DNA of 64,000 bases. Source: Verrucomicrobiota bacterium (GTDB taxonomy: Bacteria > Verrucomicrobiota > Verrucomicrobiia > Limisphaerales > Pedosphaeraceae). This document shows, piece by piece, positions 1 to 8,150 of this stretch (its first letter is position 1; every line of letters begins with the position of its first letter). The notes below the pieces were generated by a model. The model worked only from the letters and a program-made list of their open reading frames with translations, made no database searches and had not been told where the DNA came from. Made by a program: the position numbers and the translations under genes. Where the stretch lies: positions 1,873 to 65,872 of the forward strand of contig JAJPHR010000074.1 in NCBI GenBank assembly GCA_021325145.1. The letters are read 5' to 3'.

Positions 1-2199
1 CACGATGCCCGGGTCGTTATACGAGGCAATCACCGTTCCGGCTTGCACTTCCAAAATGGCATTGGTCACCGTGTAATCGTCCACCAACCAATCAACCGGG
101 TCATAGTGCCAGCCCAAATCCGGCGTCCCCGCGTTACGCTGGACCAGGGGATACAGAACGGCGCTCGCCGAAACCGTGATGTTGGAAAGGACCTGCGGCG
201 GGGCAGTAGTCTTCTGCGGCAGCAATGCCAGCAAAGTGGGATCAATATTTGTTGTTCCAGCCGCCTGAAACTTGCTGCTGGACGACAGATAATAATCGCC
301 CGCCCCCACCTGTTGGAATGGCGAACTTGTGACAGATATAGGGCTGCTCCCAAACTGTGTGCAATTGTAAAACCCGTTGAGCATTCCGGAGAACGAGAAA
401 CCCGGAGTGCCGCTCCCTTTGCCGCTGACGGCCGACAGGCTGCCCATGTTCGCAAATACGCAGTTCGTGGCCGCCAGTGTCAGGACTTCGGTCCCGGTCT
501 TGCCCAGCAACAGTTCGGTGCTGTTATCAATCGTGGACTGAAGCAGTACCACTGTCACAGATCCGCTGGAACTAATCGGTGTTTGAACATACGACATCAA
601 ACAGTTGTTAAGATTCAGGCCGAACGCGCTGCCGCCGCTGGTGCCGTTCAACTGAATTCCCAGCACGCATTGCACGAACTGTGAATGCGCGACGGTTGCC
701 GAAAAGGTGGTCGAAGCACAGTTGATCGCCGTTGAGGCGTAGTTGAATCGCAAATAGGTCAGTGGAATGATCGAGGTGTTGACCGACAGGGCCGGGTTCG
801 CATAGTTGCCGCTCACTGTGCCGGTGTAACTGGACCAGATGTTGGTATTAAGCTTGTCGCCGACGCTGTTGTCATCCCCCGCGGTGAATACGGCCTCGCG
901 ATAGGGCGCGGTGGTCAAGGCCAGCGTGTTGTTCAACTGGATCGAGGTGTTGCGTGGATACTTGAAAACAGCCCCGCCTTCGATCAAAGCCGATCCATTG
1001 CACGTGAGCGTCCCAGAGATAAAATAAGTGGTGTCTCCCTTAAAGGTGGTGGAACTGCTCAAGGTCCCGCCGATACTGGCGACATAGTCGATCACCAAGC
1101 CTGACTTGGGACGAACATCAGCCTGAGCCAACCCGGGACTGCGCGTGAACAGGGCGGCGGATTTGGCCGCCCGGCGCGCCGAGGGCATTACCGCGTATTG
1201 CAGCCTGGCCTTGTGAATGGCCGGCCTTGTTCCGGCTGATGCGCTTTGCCCATTGCATTCCGGCAGCGCCTCCAACTCGTCCCGGATGGACGCATATTCC
1301 ACCGACTCGATCAGGAATGTCCGGATGGAAGTCTGGTTGGTGAAAGTCGCAAACTGCTTTCCAACGGGCGCGCCGCCTGGCGAGTTGTTTGTGGCAGAAG
1401 CCGCAGTATAGGCCCGCCCCGGACCCAGCACAAGCTCCCCAAAGCCAATTGTCTGGTCCATGAAATCCGGGCTGGCCATGCCTTGGCGCAGTTTCTCATC
1501 GGTTTCCACACGAATGGGCGAGATGATTTTTTGGGGGGTGGGCGGCTGGTAAAACTCGCTCAGGATCTGGATGCGGGTGGTATTGGTAGGAAAACCGTAA
1601 TCAGCCGGGTTCAAATGGCCGTTAATGACCACATCCTGCTGAAACGAACCGCGGTCCAAAGTGTAAACGACGTCGGCGCAAAGTCCTGCGAAAGCATTGT
1701 GATAGACCACCTGGTTGCTGCTCACCAGTGAACCCGAGCAGTTGGTAATCGAGGCAATGGTCGCAAAGTTCCCGCTGGCAGCGTCGTACAGCGCGATGCC
1801 AACCGGGGTCGAATTGAGAGTCAGGCCGTCGGGAGTGACAACCGTAACTGCGCCAGCCGTGTTGAGATCGGCCGCGAGCCGAACCCTGTGTTGCACTTGA
1901 TTGGCCACCACACTGCTACCATCCGGAGCAATCTGAAAACTCGGATCGCTCAAGCTCCATCGCTGGCCATCCCAGAAATTCATGCCGGTTGCGAGGTCAA
2001 CGATTTGATGGCCGCTGGGATCCGTCCACGTTCGGCTATGAGGACCAACCTCGACGGACCACTGCGCTCCGTCAGCCACCGCGACCGTCTGGCTCGTCGC
2101 GGCCGGAGGATTGCCGCCGGCCTGTTGAGCCCCAAGTTGTTCAGGAGAGCACAAGATGGCGGCAAAATAAGCCACCCACACCAACGGCAATTTTTTCAT
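1..2199 (-). CDS. Large secreted beta-helix-like protein, partial (C-terminus runs off window start). N-terminal signal peptide MKKLPLVWVAYFAAILCSP. Paralog of the N-terminal module of the 55445..60304 protein.
   Basis: Manual translation of the minus strand from ATG at 2197-2199 gives an open frame to position 1. It is not in the ORF track because no stop lies in the window. Spot-checks at 961-1020 (LTCNGSALIEGGAVFK) and 1-120 (DLGWHYDPVDWLVDDYTVTNAILEVQAGTVIASYNDPGIV) confirm it is open. It shares motifs with the 55445..60304 protein (EGGAV[FI]KY; FTA[GK]DDN[ST]VG; YANPAL; PDLG[WY]HYDP[VL]D[WY]L). Long + strand ORFs 43..684 and 1246..1731 are antisense to it. Confidence 0.7.
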   Translation of the reverse strand, partial: MKKLPLVWVAYFAAILCSPEQLGAQQAGGNPPAATSQTVAVADGAQWSVEVGPHSRTWTDPSGHQIVDLATGMNFWDGQRWSLSDPSFQIAPDGSSVVANQVQHRVRLAADLNTAGAVTVVTPDGLTLNSTPVGIALYDAASGNFATIASITNCSGSLVSSNQVVYHNAFAGLCADVVYTLDRGSFQQDVVINGHLNPADYGFPTNTTRIQILSEFYQPPTPQKIISPIRVETDEKLRQGMASPDFMDQTIGFGELVLGPGRAYTAASATNNSPGGAPVGKQFATFTNQTSIRTFLIESVEYASIRDELEALPECNGQSASAGTRPAIHKARLQYAVMPSARRAAKSAALFTRSPGLAQADVRPKSGLVIDYVASIGGTLSSSTTFKGDTTYFISGTLTCNGSALIEGGAVFKYPRNTSIQLNNTLALTTAPYREAVFTAGDDNSVGDKLNTNIWSSYTGTVSGNYANPALSVNTSIIPLTYLRFNYASTAINCASTTFSATVAHSQFVQCVLGIQLNGTSGGSAFGLNLNNCLMSYVQTPISSSGSVTVVLLQSTIDNSTELLLGKTGTEVLTLAATNCVFANMGSLSAVSGKGSGTPGFSFSGMLNGFYNCTQFGSSPISVTSSPFQQVGAGDYYLSSSSKFQAAGTTNIDPTLLALLPQKTTAPPQVLSNITVSASAVLYPLVQRNAGTPDLGWHYDPVDWLVDDYTVTNAILEVQAGTVIASYNDPGIV

Positions 2200-2549
2200 A
2201 TTCCACTCCCAAGATTACGAGCCATCCACCAATCTGCATCGGGGCAGCGGCAAGCAGTCGCCCGATAACGGCATAAAATGACAGTAACAACACTCTCGGC
2301 TTTTCAAACCTTCCATCCGGAGATTTGTTGGTAGACTACACTAGTTTCCTGGAAGCACAATAAGAAACAGTTTCCTTTGAAAAGTATGATTTTTGCTCAT
2401 GGCAAAAGAATCACAATATAACTAAAAGCTAATAGAAGAGTGATACAAACTGGGAAAAGTGAGGATAGCTTATGAGGTCCTATTTAGAATTTGCTCGCCT
2501 TCCTGCTTTCATATCGCTCGCTTGACTGCTACGGTGGAGGCGCGATTCA

Positions 2550-4091
2550 ATGAAGACCATCTCCAAAGACCGGCGCGTTGCACCCGCAATTGAAATCGCC
2601 AGGCCTCAAGATCTAAAAAATGGATGCTCAATCGGTCCGCGTTTTGATCCGAAAGCGGCGATGACTTTGGCCACGTTATTGGGGTTTTTCCTGCTGTTGC
2701 AAAGCTTCATGCCGCTTCGAACGGCTGTCCAGATTGGCGCGGATGAGGGTTTTGAGCTTGCCAAGGCGACCCTTTGCCTCAATGGGCACAAGCTCTATTC
2801 TGAAGTTTGGAACGACCAACCGCCGCTGCACACATGCTTGATTAGTTGGACGTTGAAACATATATCCCCATCCATCGTCGGGCCGCGTTTGATCACGGTT
2901 GTTTTCGCCGCGCTGCTGCTCGCCTGTGTTTTCTGCATGAGTCTTCGGTTGAACGGATTGTTGGTGGCTGGCGTGACAACTGCACTACTGATTGCTTCAC
3001 CAGGGTTTCTGGAACTTAGCTGTTCATGCATGCTGGAGATTCCTGCGCTGGCCCCAGCTTTGGCGGCGTTGGCGCTGCTTTTGATTGGCCGCAAACGCAA
3101 ACCGAGAGGCGCCGAATTCGTCGCCGGGGCGCTTTTTGGCGCTGCTTTAGCCATGAAATTGGTCCCGGTGATCCTGCTTCCAGTTGCAGCCATGGCGGTT
3201 TGGGCCGGTGAACGGCAGACTGGCCATCGGATCGTCAACACGGCGAAGTCCCTTGCGCTAATTGCGGTGGGCATGGCGCTTGGCTTTATTGCCATTGACG
3301 GTTTGGTGGACGGGGGCGCGTTCTTAACCCACATCCGGCAAACCTGGGTTTCCCACTTTGCTCCGGCAAAATCCTTTGAGTATGGTTCTCCTGCCGACCA
3401 TCCTTTCGAGTGGGAAATCCTGCTCAGAAACTGGGACACGACCGTTCCCGCAGTGGTTGGAATTATCCTCGTGCTGCGCCAAGCCCGGAGCGATTTGGCT
3501 GCCGCCTTGCCGGCAGCATGGCTTGCTTTGATGCTGGGCGTTTTCACACTCCATCGGCCATGGTGGTCTTACTATTATGTTCACCTTGCCATTCCGCTTA
3601 GCTGGTGCGCGGCCATTGGTCTGGTGACGATAGGCCGTTTGGGAAGATCGCAAGCCACCCGGAGAATTGTTACGTTTCTGGTGGTTTGCAGCCTGGGAAT
3701 GTGGCTGTCGGGACGTGCCTACTTGCAAATAAAGAGTGTGCGCGAGTCGCCCCAAACTTATAGCTCTCCTGTTCTCAACATCATGAGACGCTTCAAACCC
3801 TTTACCCAATGGCTTTATACAGAAGACCCGGTCTATTCGTTTCATTGTGGTGTTCCATTGGTCCCAGACCTGGGAGTGGTCATGCTCAAACGCTTCTGGT
3901 CCGGGGAAATGACCAATGCCAAAATCGAGGCGGAGTTGAGGATCGCTCAGCCGGAAATGCTTTTGTTGATGAGCGACACCAACCCGAGGGCCTTCCGGGA
4001 CCTGATTGCGACCGAGTATCGGCTGGTTTATCAGGACCCAAGCCATCGGCTTTACATTCGCAACAGCATTGCGGATAAAGTTGACTTGTGA
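2550..4091 (+). CDS. Polytopic membrane glycosyltransferase, GT39/GT83-like (PMT_2/ArnT-type), 513 aa.
   Basis: At least 10 hydrophobic helices. A D-E pair (IGADEGFELAKA) in the first extracytoplasmic loop matches the DE motif of the PMT/ArnT superfamily. No sequence search was possible, so the family assignment is tentative. Confidence 0.45.
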   Translation: MKTISKDRRVAPAIEIARPQDLKNGCSIGPRFDPKAAMTLATLLGFFLLLQSFMPLRTAVQIGADEGFELAKATLCLNGHKLYSEVWNDQPPLHTCLISWTLKHISPSIVGPRLITVVFAALLLACVFCMSLRLNGLLVAGVTTALLIASPGFLELSCSCMLEIPALAPALAALALLLIGRKRKPRGAEFVAGALFGAALAMKLVPVILLPVAAMAVWAGERQTGHRIVNTAKSLALIAVGMALGFIAIDGLVDGGAFLTHIRQTWVSHFAPAKSFEYGSPADHPFEWEILLRNWDTTVPAVVGIILVLRQARSDLAAALPAAWLALMLGVFTLHRPWWSYYYVHLAIPLSWCAAIGLVTIGRLGRSQATRRIVTFLVVCSLGMWLSGRAYLQIKSVRESPQTYSSPVLNIMRRFKPFTQWLYTEDPVYSFHCGVPLVPDLGVVMLKRFWSGEMTNAKIEAELRIAQPEMLLLMSDTNPRAFRDLIATEYRLVYQDPSHRLYIRNSIADKVDL

Positions 4092-4689
4092 ACAAACACC
4101 GGGTAGGTGAACGTCGCCTTGGATTCGCTTTTAAGGATTGGAAATGCCTTAGGCATCCAAGTCAGAGACATTATTCGAGATTTTTGACCCCATAAGGTAA
4201 AACGAGTATCTCTCCAACACAGCCAGGCGCATGGACGATTGCGGCGTGAGCGTGCTCTCGCATAGCAAGCTGCGCTAAAGCTGCAAGGCACCTGCTACGC
4301 CATAGCACCCTCACTGCCGCTCCCAAACAATTACCCTGACCTCTGGCCTATGGCTTCCGCTCTGGCCTGCCTGGCGTACCCCCTGATTCCCCGTAAGCCG
4401 CAGGCCGACGCTTCAGTCTCCGGGCCGGACGTCAGCAGGTGGCCAATTCGGTAAGTGTTCGGAGGTAATAACCGCCTCATTGGTCTTCGACGTGGTTTTC
4501 AGGTCTTTTTCTCGCTGGTGCTCTCCTCTGCCTCGGTTCCGCCCTTTCGCCCTTCACCAGCCCGCTTTCACAGGGGGCCGGACGCGGTGCCCTCTAAAGA
4601 CTACTCCCACTGGCCGCCCTGCTTCGCGGGCCTTTTTTGGTTGAAGGGCGAAAGACCGAAACCGAACAGCAGAGCACAAAAAAAAGACC

Positions 4690-5091
4690 ATGAAAACCAA
4701 TACCAAAAATCAGAACCGGAAATCCGGGCTCCAGAGCCGACCCGAACAGTTGAGCGCGGAGAGCAAAGCCAACCCGGACAGAGCCAAGATTGATTTTGCC
4801 TTGCGCCGCGCAAATCGCTCGCTGGAAACTCAGAAGTTGCTGGCGTTGTTGCGGAATCAGACGCCGCGTTTCTTTGAACTGGCGGAAGTAGTTGGTCAGT
4901 GGGTCTGGATTCAATTTGACGGCAAGCAGCCGAGCGAGGTAACGCGCGTTTTGGCCGAGCTTGGTTTCCATTGGAACAATGCCCGTCAGACATGGCAGCA
5001 CCCTTGCGGCACCATTCCGGTTGAACCCGCCACCTACGACCCACGCAGGAAATACGGCAGTTACTTCGCCGCTGACCAGAAAGCCGCTTGA
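4690..5091 (+). CDS. Hypothetical protein (133 aa) with a basic N-terminal tail and a globular C-terminal part (WVWIQFDGKQPSEVTRVLAELGFHWNNARQTWQH). Partner gene of the RadC-like protein downstream.
   Basis: The ORF lies in an AT-richer islet, 14 bp upstream of the RadC-like gene on the same strand. I do not recognise a family. Confidence 0.45.
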   Translation: MKTNTKNQNRKSGLQSRPEQLSAESKANPDRAKIDFALRRANRSLETQKLLALLRNQTPRFFELAEVVGQWVWIQFDGKQPSEVTRVLAELGFHWNNARQTWQHPCGTIPVEPATYDPRRKYGSYFAADQKAA

Positions 5092-5105
5092 ACTGAGGAC
5101 ACACC

Positions 5106-5621
5106 ATGAATACGACTTCCCATTTCCCCGGTCTGGACAGCCTTGTGAAACCGTTTCAGTTCCCGGCCACACCCCACGAATTCAAGGTGGTGGCCTTGCG
5201 CGAGTGTCCAACTCCCGATGACCTGATGATATGCGACACCCCGGACAAGGCCGCCCAATATTGGCGGATGCACCTTCCCGAGCATCCGTATTTCAACCCA
5301 GAATGCGAATGCTTTGTGGTGTTGGTCCTGAACACGCGGCGACGCGTTAAAGGGCACTACCTTGTTTCGGTTGGCACGCTGGACACTATTCTTGTCCATC
5401 CCCGCGAGGTGTTCCGGCTGGCCTTGATGACCTCAGCCGCCGCAATTGTTCTAATGCATAACCACCCAAGCGGGGAGAGCACGCCATCGGACGCGGACAT
5501 CAAAGTGACCCGCGACCTTATCCGCGCCGGTCATCTTCTCAAAATCGACGTGCTTGACCATGTGATTATGGGCAACCAAAACCATACTTCGTTGCGTGAA
5601 CTTGGATACTTCCATGCGTAG
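5106..5621 (+). CDS. RadC-like JAB/JAMM-domain protein (UPF0758/DUF2466), 171 aa. It lacks the N-terminal HhH domain, so it is the JAB-only form typical of mobile-element RadC copies.
   Basis: JAMM signature HNHPSGESTPSDADIKVTRDL (HxHP-S-x(6)-S-x-x-D) plus an upstream E/H region. Domain length is as expected. Confidence 0.8.
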   Translation: MNTTSHFPGLDSLVKPFQFPATPHEFKVVALRECPTPDDLMICDTPDKAAQYWRMHLPEHPYFNPECECFVVLVLNTRRRVKGHYLVSVGTLDTILVHPREVFRLALMTSAAAIVLMHNHPSGESTPSDADIKVTRDLIRAGHLLKIDVLDHVIMGNQNHTSLRELGYFHA

Positions 5622-5624
5622 CGG

Positions 5625-5654
5625 GGACACCAGCGGACACCAAAACGGACACCA
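5625..5654. repeat. Three direct copies of GGACACCA (5625-5632, 5635-5642, 5647-5654) spaced 10 and 12 bp apart, immediately after the RadC-like stop codon.
   Basis: Read directly from sequence: gggGACACCAgcGGACACCAaaacGGACACCAaacg. Confidence 0.6.
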
Positions 5655-6005
5655 AACGAGTTAAACCGGGTTACGTTGGATACAGTCGAATAGTGTTGAA
5701 TACCCAATAAAATCAGGCAGAATTGATATGCAAACGCAACGAAAATGGCCGATTCCAACCCTCGCCTCCAGTGTAGTTGAAGTGTAGCCCTCAAATGGCA
5801 CTTGGTCTGCTCTTGGCGATTCAGCCTCAAGATCAGTATTGCTCCAAAACGGAAGCGCTGTTCTGCAGCCTCTTCCGATGAAGCCGCTGTTTTTAAGCGT
5901 CAGTGAAATCCGACCCTCGCCTTCTCCGATTTATTCTCCAGTAATGAGGTTTTGCTTCCCGTCAGCCGCTTCGTCGATAATTAAATAGAGTGCAAGGAAA
6001 AATTC

Positions 6006-6686
6006 CTAGTGCGGAGACGTCGCACATTTATTTTCCTCCAGCGTTGGTGGATTCGGAACGGAATTGGGCACCTTACGCTGCCGCCGCCGTTTGACAAATT
6101 CGTGAATGAAATACCCAACGAGAAAAACCAGGAACAGTGGAAAGCTGAAGACTCCTAACCGTTTAAAAATCGCAACCACCTGTTCCAATTGGTCATGCAG
6201 GAAGAATCCCGGTAGTATATAAAAGGTAGCGTAAAAGAGCGAGCAGACAGCATCCACCAGCAAGAAGCGCACCGGATCAGCGTCCAAAGCTCCTGCACGC
6301 AATGGCACGAGTATCCCTATTGGCAGAAATTTTGCAGTCGTGAGCATCTGGATGCCACGAATGATCAAGCTTGTATGGGTTTTTCTGGCAACCACGTCCC
6401 ATATGGAGTGCCAATGCGGAAAGAGTCGGAGCAGACGACCTTTGCTCCGATTTCCCGCGTAAAACCAGAACGTATCCGCCGCGAGAGAACCGATGGTAGC
6501 GCACAAAATTGCGGTGAACAGGTTTATGCGCCCATCGGCGGCCATGGCGCCGGCAGCCAAAAGCCAAGGCGCTCCGGGGAACGGCAAGCCACTCTGTTCA
6601 GCAAAAGCGATGAGGCAAAGAACCAACCCGCCGTGCAATACCAGGAATTCGCTGATGTGGCTCATAGTTTTTTTTGGGTTCGACAA
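6006..6686 (-). CDS. DedA family (SNARE-associated/TVP38-like) inner-membrane protein, 226 aa.
   Basis: Shows the G-L-P-F-P-G ... LLAAG motif region characteristic of DedA. It has multiple TM helices. Its start abuts the stop of the OMF gene (6686/6687). Confidence 0.7.
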   Translation of the reverse strand: MSNPKKTMSHISEFLVLHGGLVLCLIAFAEQSGLPFPGAPWLLAAGAMAADGRINLFTAILCATIGSLAADTFWFYAGNRSKGRLLRLFPHWHSIWDVVARKTHTSLIIRGIQMLTTAKFLPIGILVPLRAGALDADPVRFLLVDAVCSLFYATFYILPGFFLHDQLEQVVAIFKRLGVFSFPLFLVFLVGYFIHEFVKRRRQRKVPNSVPNPPTLEENKCATSPH

Positions 6687-8138
6687 TTACTTGGCCGTTT
6701 GACTATTTTGCAATGCGAGCGCAGATGGCTTTTCCATGGCTTCCCAGCCACCGCCCAAAGCTTTGTAAAGTTGAACGGCCGTGAGCCGACGCTCGGCTTC
6801 GATATGCGAGAGTGCGTTTTCAGCCGGAAAGAGTTGCTGTTGGGCTTCGAGAACTTCGTAATAGCTGGATTTCCCCTCTTGGTAGCGGTCGGTCGCTACA
6901 GCAACGGCGTCGCGACCGGCATTGACTGCTGCGGTTTGTTCGACGCGTTCCTCATCAAATCGCCGGCGGGAAATGAGCGCGTCCGATACTTCACGGAAGG
7001 CATTGAGAGCGGTGTCCTGATACTGGAGCTTGGCCTCTTCACACGCAGCTTTGGCCTCATGATAGTGCCCTGTGAGCCTTCCTCCGGTGAAGACTGGACC
7101 CGCAGCAGAGGCGGCAGCCGACCAGATGTTTGCGCCCGAGGATACAAGGTTGTGCAACTCGGTGCTGGTGCCGCCGTAAAACGTCGTCAGACCGATGCGA
7201 GGAAAGAAGTCTCCCACAACAACACCAATTCCTGCGTTCGCGGCGCGAACCTGTTGCTCAGCCGCACGGACGTCAGGCCGCCGCTCCAACAAGGTCGAAG
7301 GCAGGCCCACAGGAATTTCCAGGGGCAACTCTTGAGTCAAGAGAGTTGAAGTCCGAGGCACGGGTCCTGGGTTGCGTCCCAACAGTGCGTTGATTTCGTT
7401 TTCCTTGAGGGCAATTTGGCGCTCGATTTCCGGGATGTTGGCTGAAACCGAGGTCAAGGCCAATTTGGCGCGCGACAATTCCAGTTTCGAAGCCAGCCCA
7501 CCGGCGTGCTGATCGTCAAAAAGTCTGTAAGTGTGCCCGTACGAATCCCGCGTGCGTTTGGCAATCGCAAGCTGATCGTCCAATTCCAACAATTCGAAGT
7601 ATGACTTGGCGACGCCGCTGACGACGGAGATCATTACAGCCCGGCGGCCCTCCTGCGTGGCCATGAAGTTTGCGCGCGCGGCTTCGTTCATCCGGCGGAC
7701 GCGACCCCATAAGTCAATTTCCCAAAACGCGTTAAATCCGCCGAGAAAACTGTTCATGGTTTGACCGCCATTCGGAGTTGGAGTGTCAAGAAACTCGTTC
7801 CGGCCTCGATTGGCTTCCCCCACATACCCAACTTGGGGTAGGAACTGTGAGCGAGCTTGGGCCTGAAGCGCACGAGCCTGGTCCATCCGGGCGAGGGTGA
7901 TCCGAAGGTCGTAGTTGTTGGTGAGCGCAACACGAACGAGGTTTTGAAGATTCGGGTCCTTGAACACGCTCCACCAGGGAAGGTCGGCGAGCGAGTTGGT
8001 CGAAGCTTCCCTGGCAACGTCGCGGAATTCGGCCGGCGCATTAACCGTAGTACGTTTGTAGTTCGGACCAATGGCACAGCCGGCAAGCGAGAGGGACGTG
8101 ACACAGAAGAATATGTTTTTCAAATTTGACAGGTGCAT
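6687..8138 (-). CDS. RND efflux outer-membrane factor, NodT/TolC-family lipoprotein, 483 aa.
   Basis: Lipoprotein signal LSLAGCAIGPNYKRT, typical of the NodT family. The length and two-repeat coiled architecture fit a TolC-like OMF. It is the last gene of the MFP-RND-OMF string. Confidence 0.85.
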   Translation of the reverse strand: MHLSNLKNIFFCVTSLSLAGCAIGPNYKRTTVNAPAEFRDVAREASTNSLADLPWWSVFKDPNLQNLVRVALTNNYDLRITLARMDQARALQAQARSQFLPQVGYVGEANRGRNEFLDTPTPNGGQTMNSFLGGFNAFWEIDLWGRVRRMNEAARANFMATQEGRRAVMISVVSGVAKSYFELLELDDQLAIAKRTRDSYGHTYRLFDDQHAGGLASKLELSRAKLALTSVSANIPEIERQIALKENEINALLGRNPGPVPRTSTLLTQELPLEIPVGLPSTLLERRPDVRAAEQQVRAANAGIGVVVGDFFPRIGLTTFYGGTSTELHNLVSSGANIWSAAASAAGPVFTGGRLTGHYHEAKAACEEAKLQYQDTALNAFREVSDALISRRRFDEERVEQTAAVNAGRDAVAVATDRYQEGKSSYYEVLEAQQQLFPAENALSHIEAERRLTAVQLYKALGGGWEAMEKPSALALQNSQTAK

Positions 8139-8150
8139 AACGTGAGGGGG

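Noticed and set aside
43-1731. + strand ORFs 43..684 and 1246..1731
   Set aside because: They are antisense to the continuous minus-strand frame encoding the signal-peptide-bearing beta-helix protein (1..2199), which has paralog support. They are Arg/Gln/Ala-rich without domains.
4561-4641. Possible structured RNA or ncRNA in the 600-bp non-coding stretch upstream of the RadC partner gene
   Set aside because: Only a modest hairpin followed by TTTTTT (about 4610-4641) could be seen. There is no convincing extended covarying structure, so it is kept only as a possible terminator inside the islet finding.
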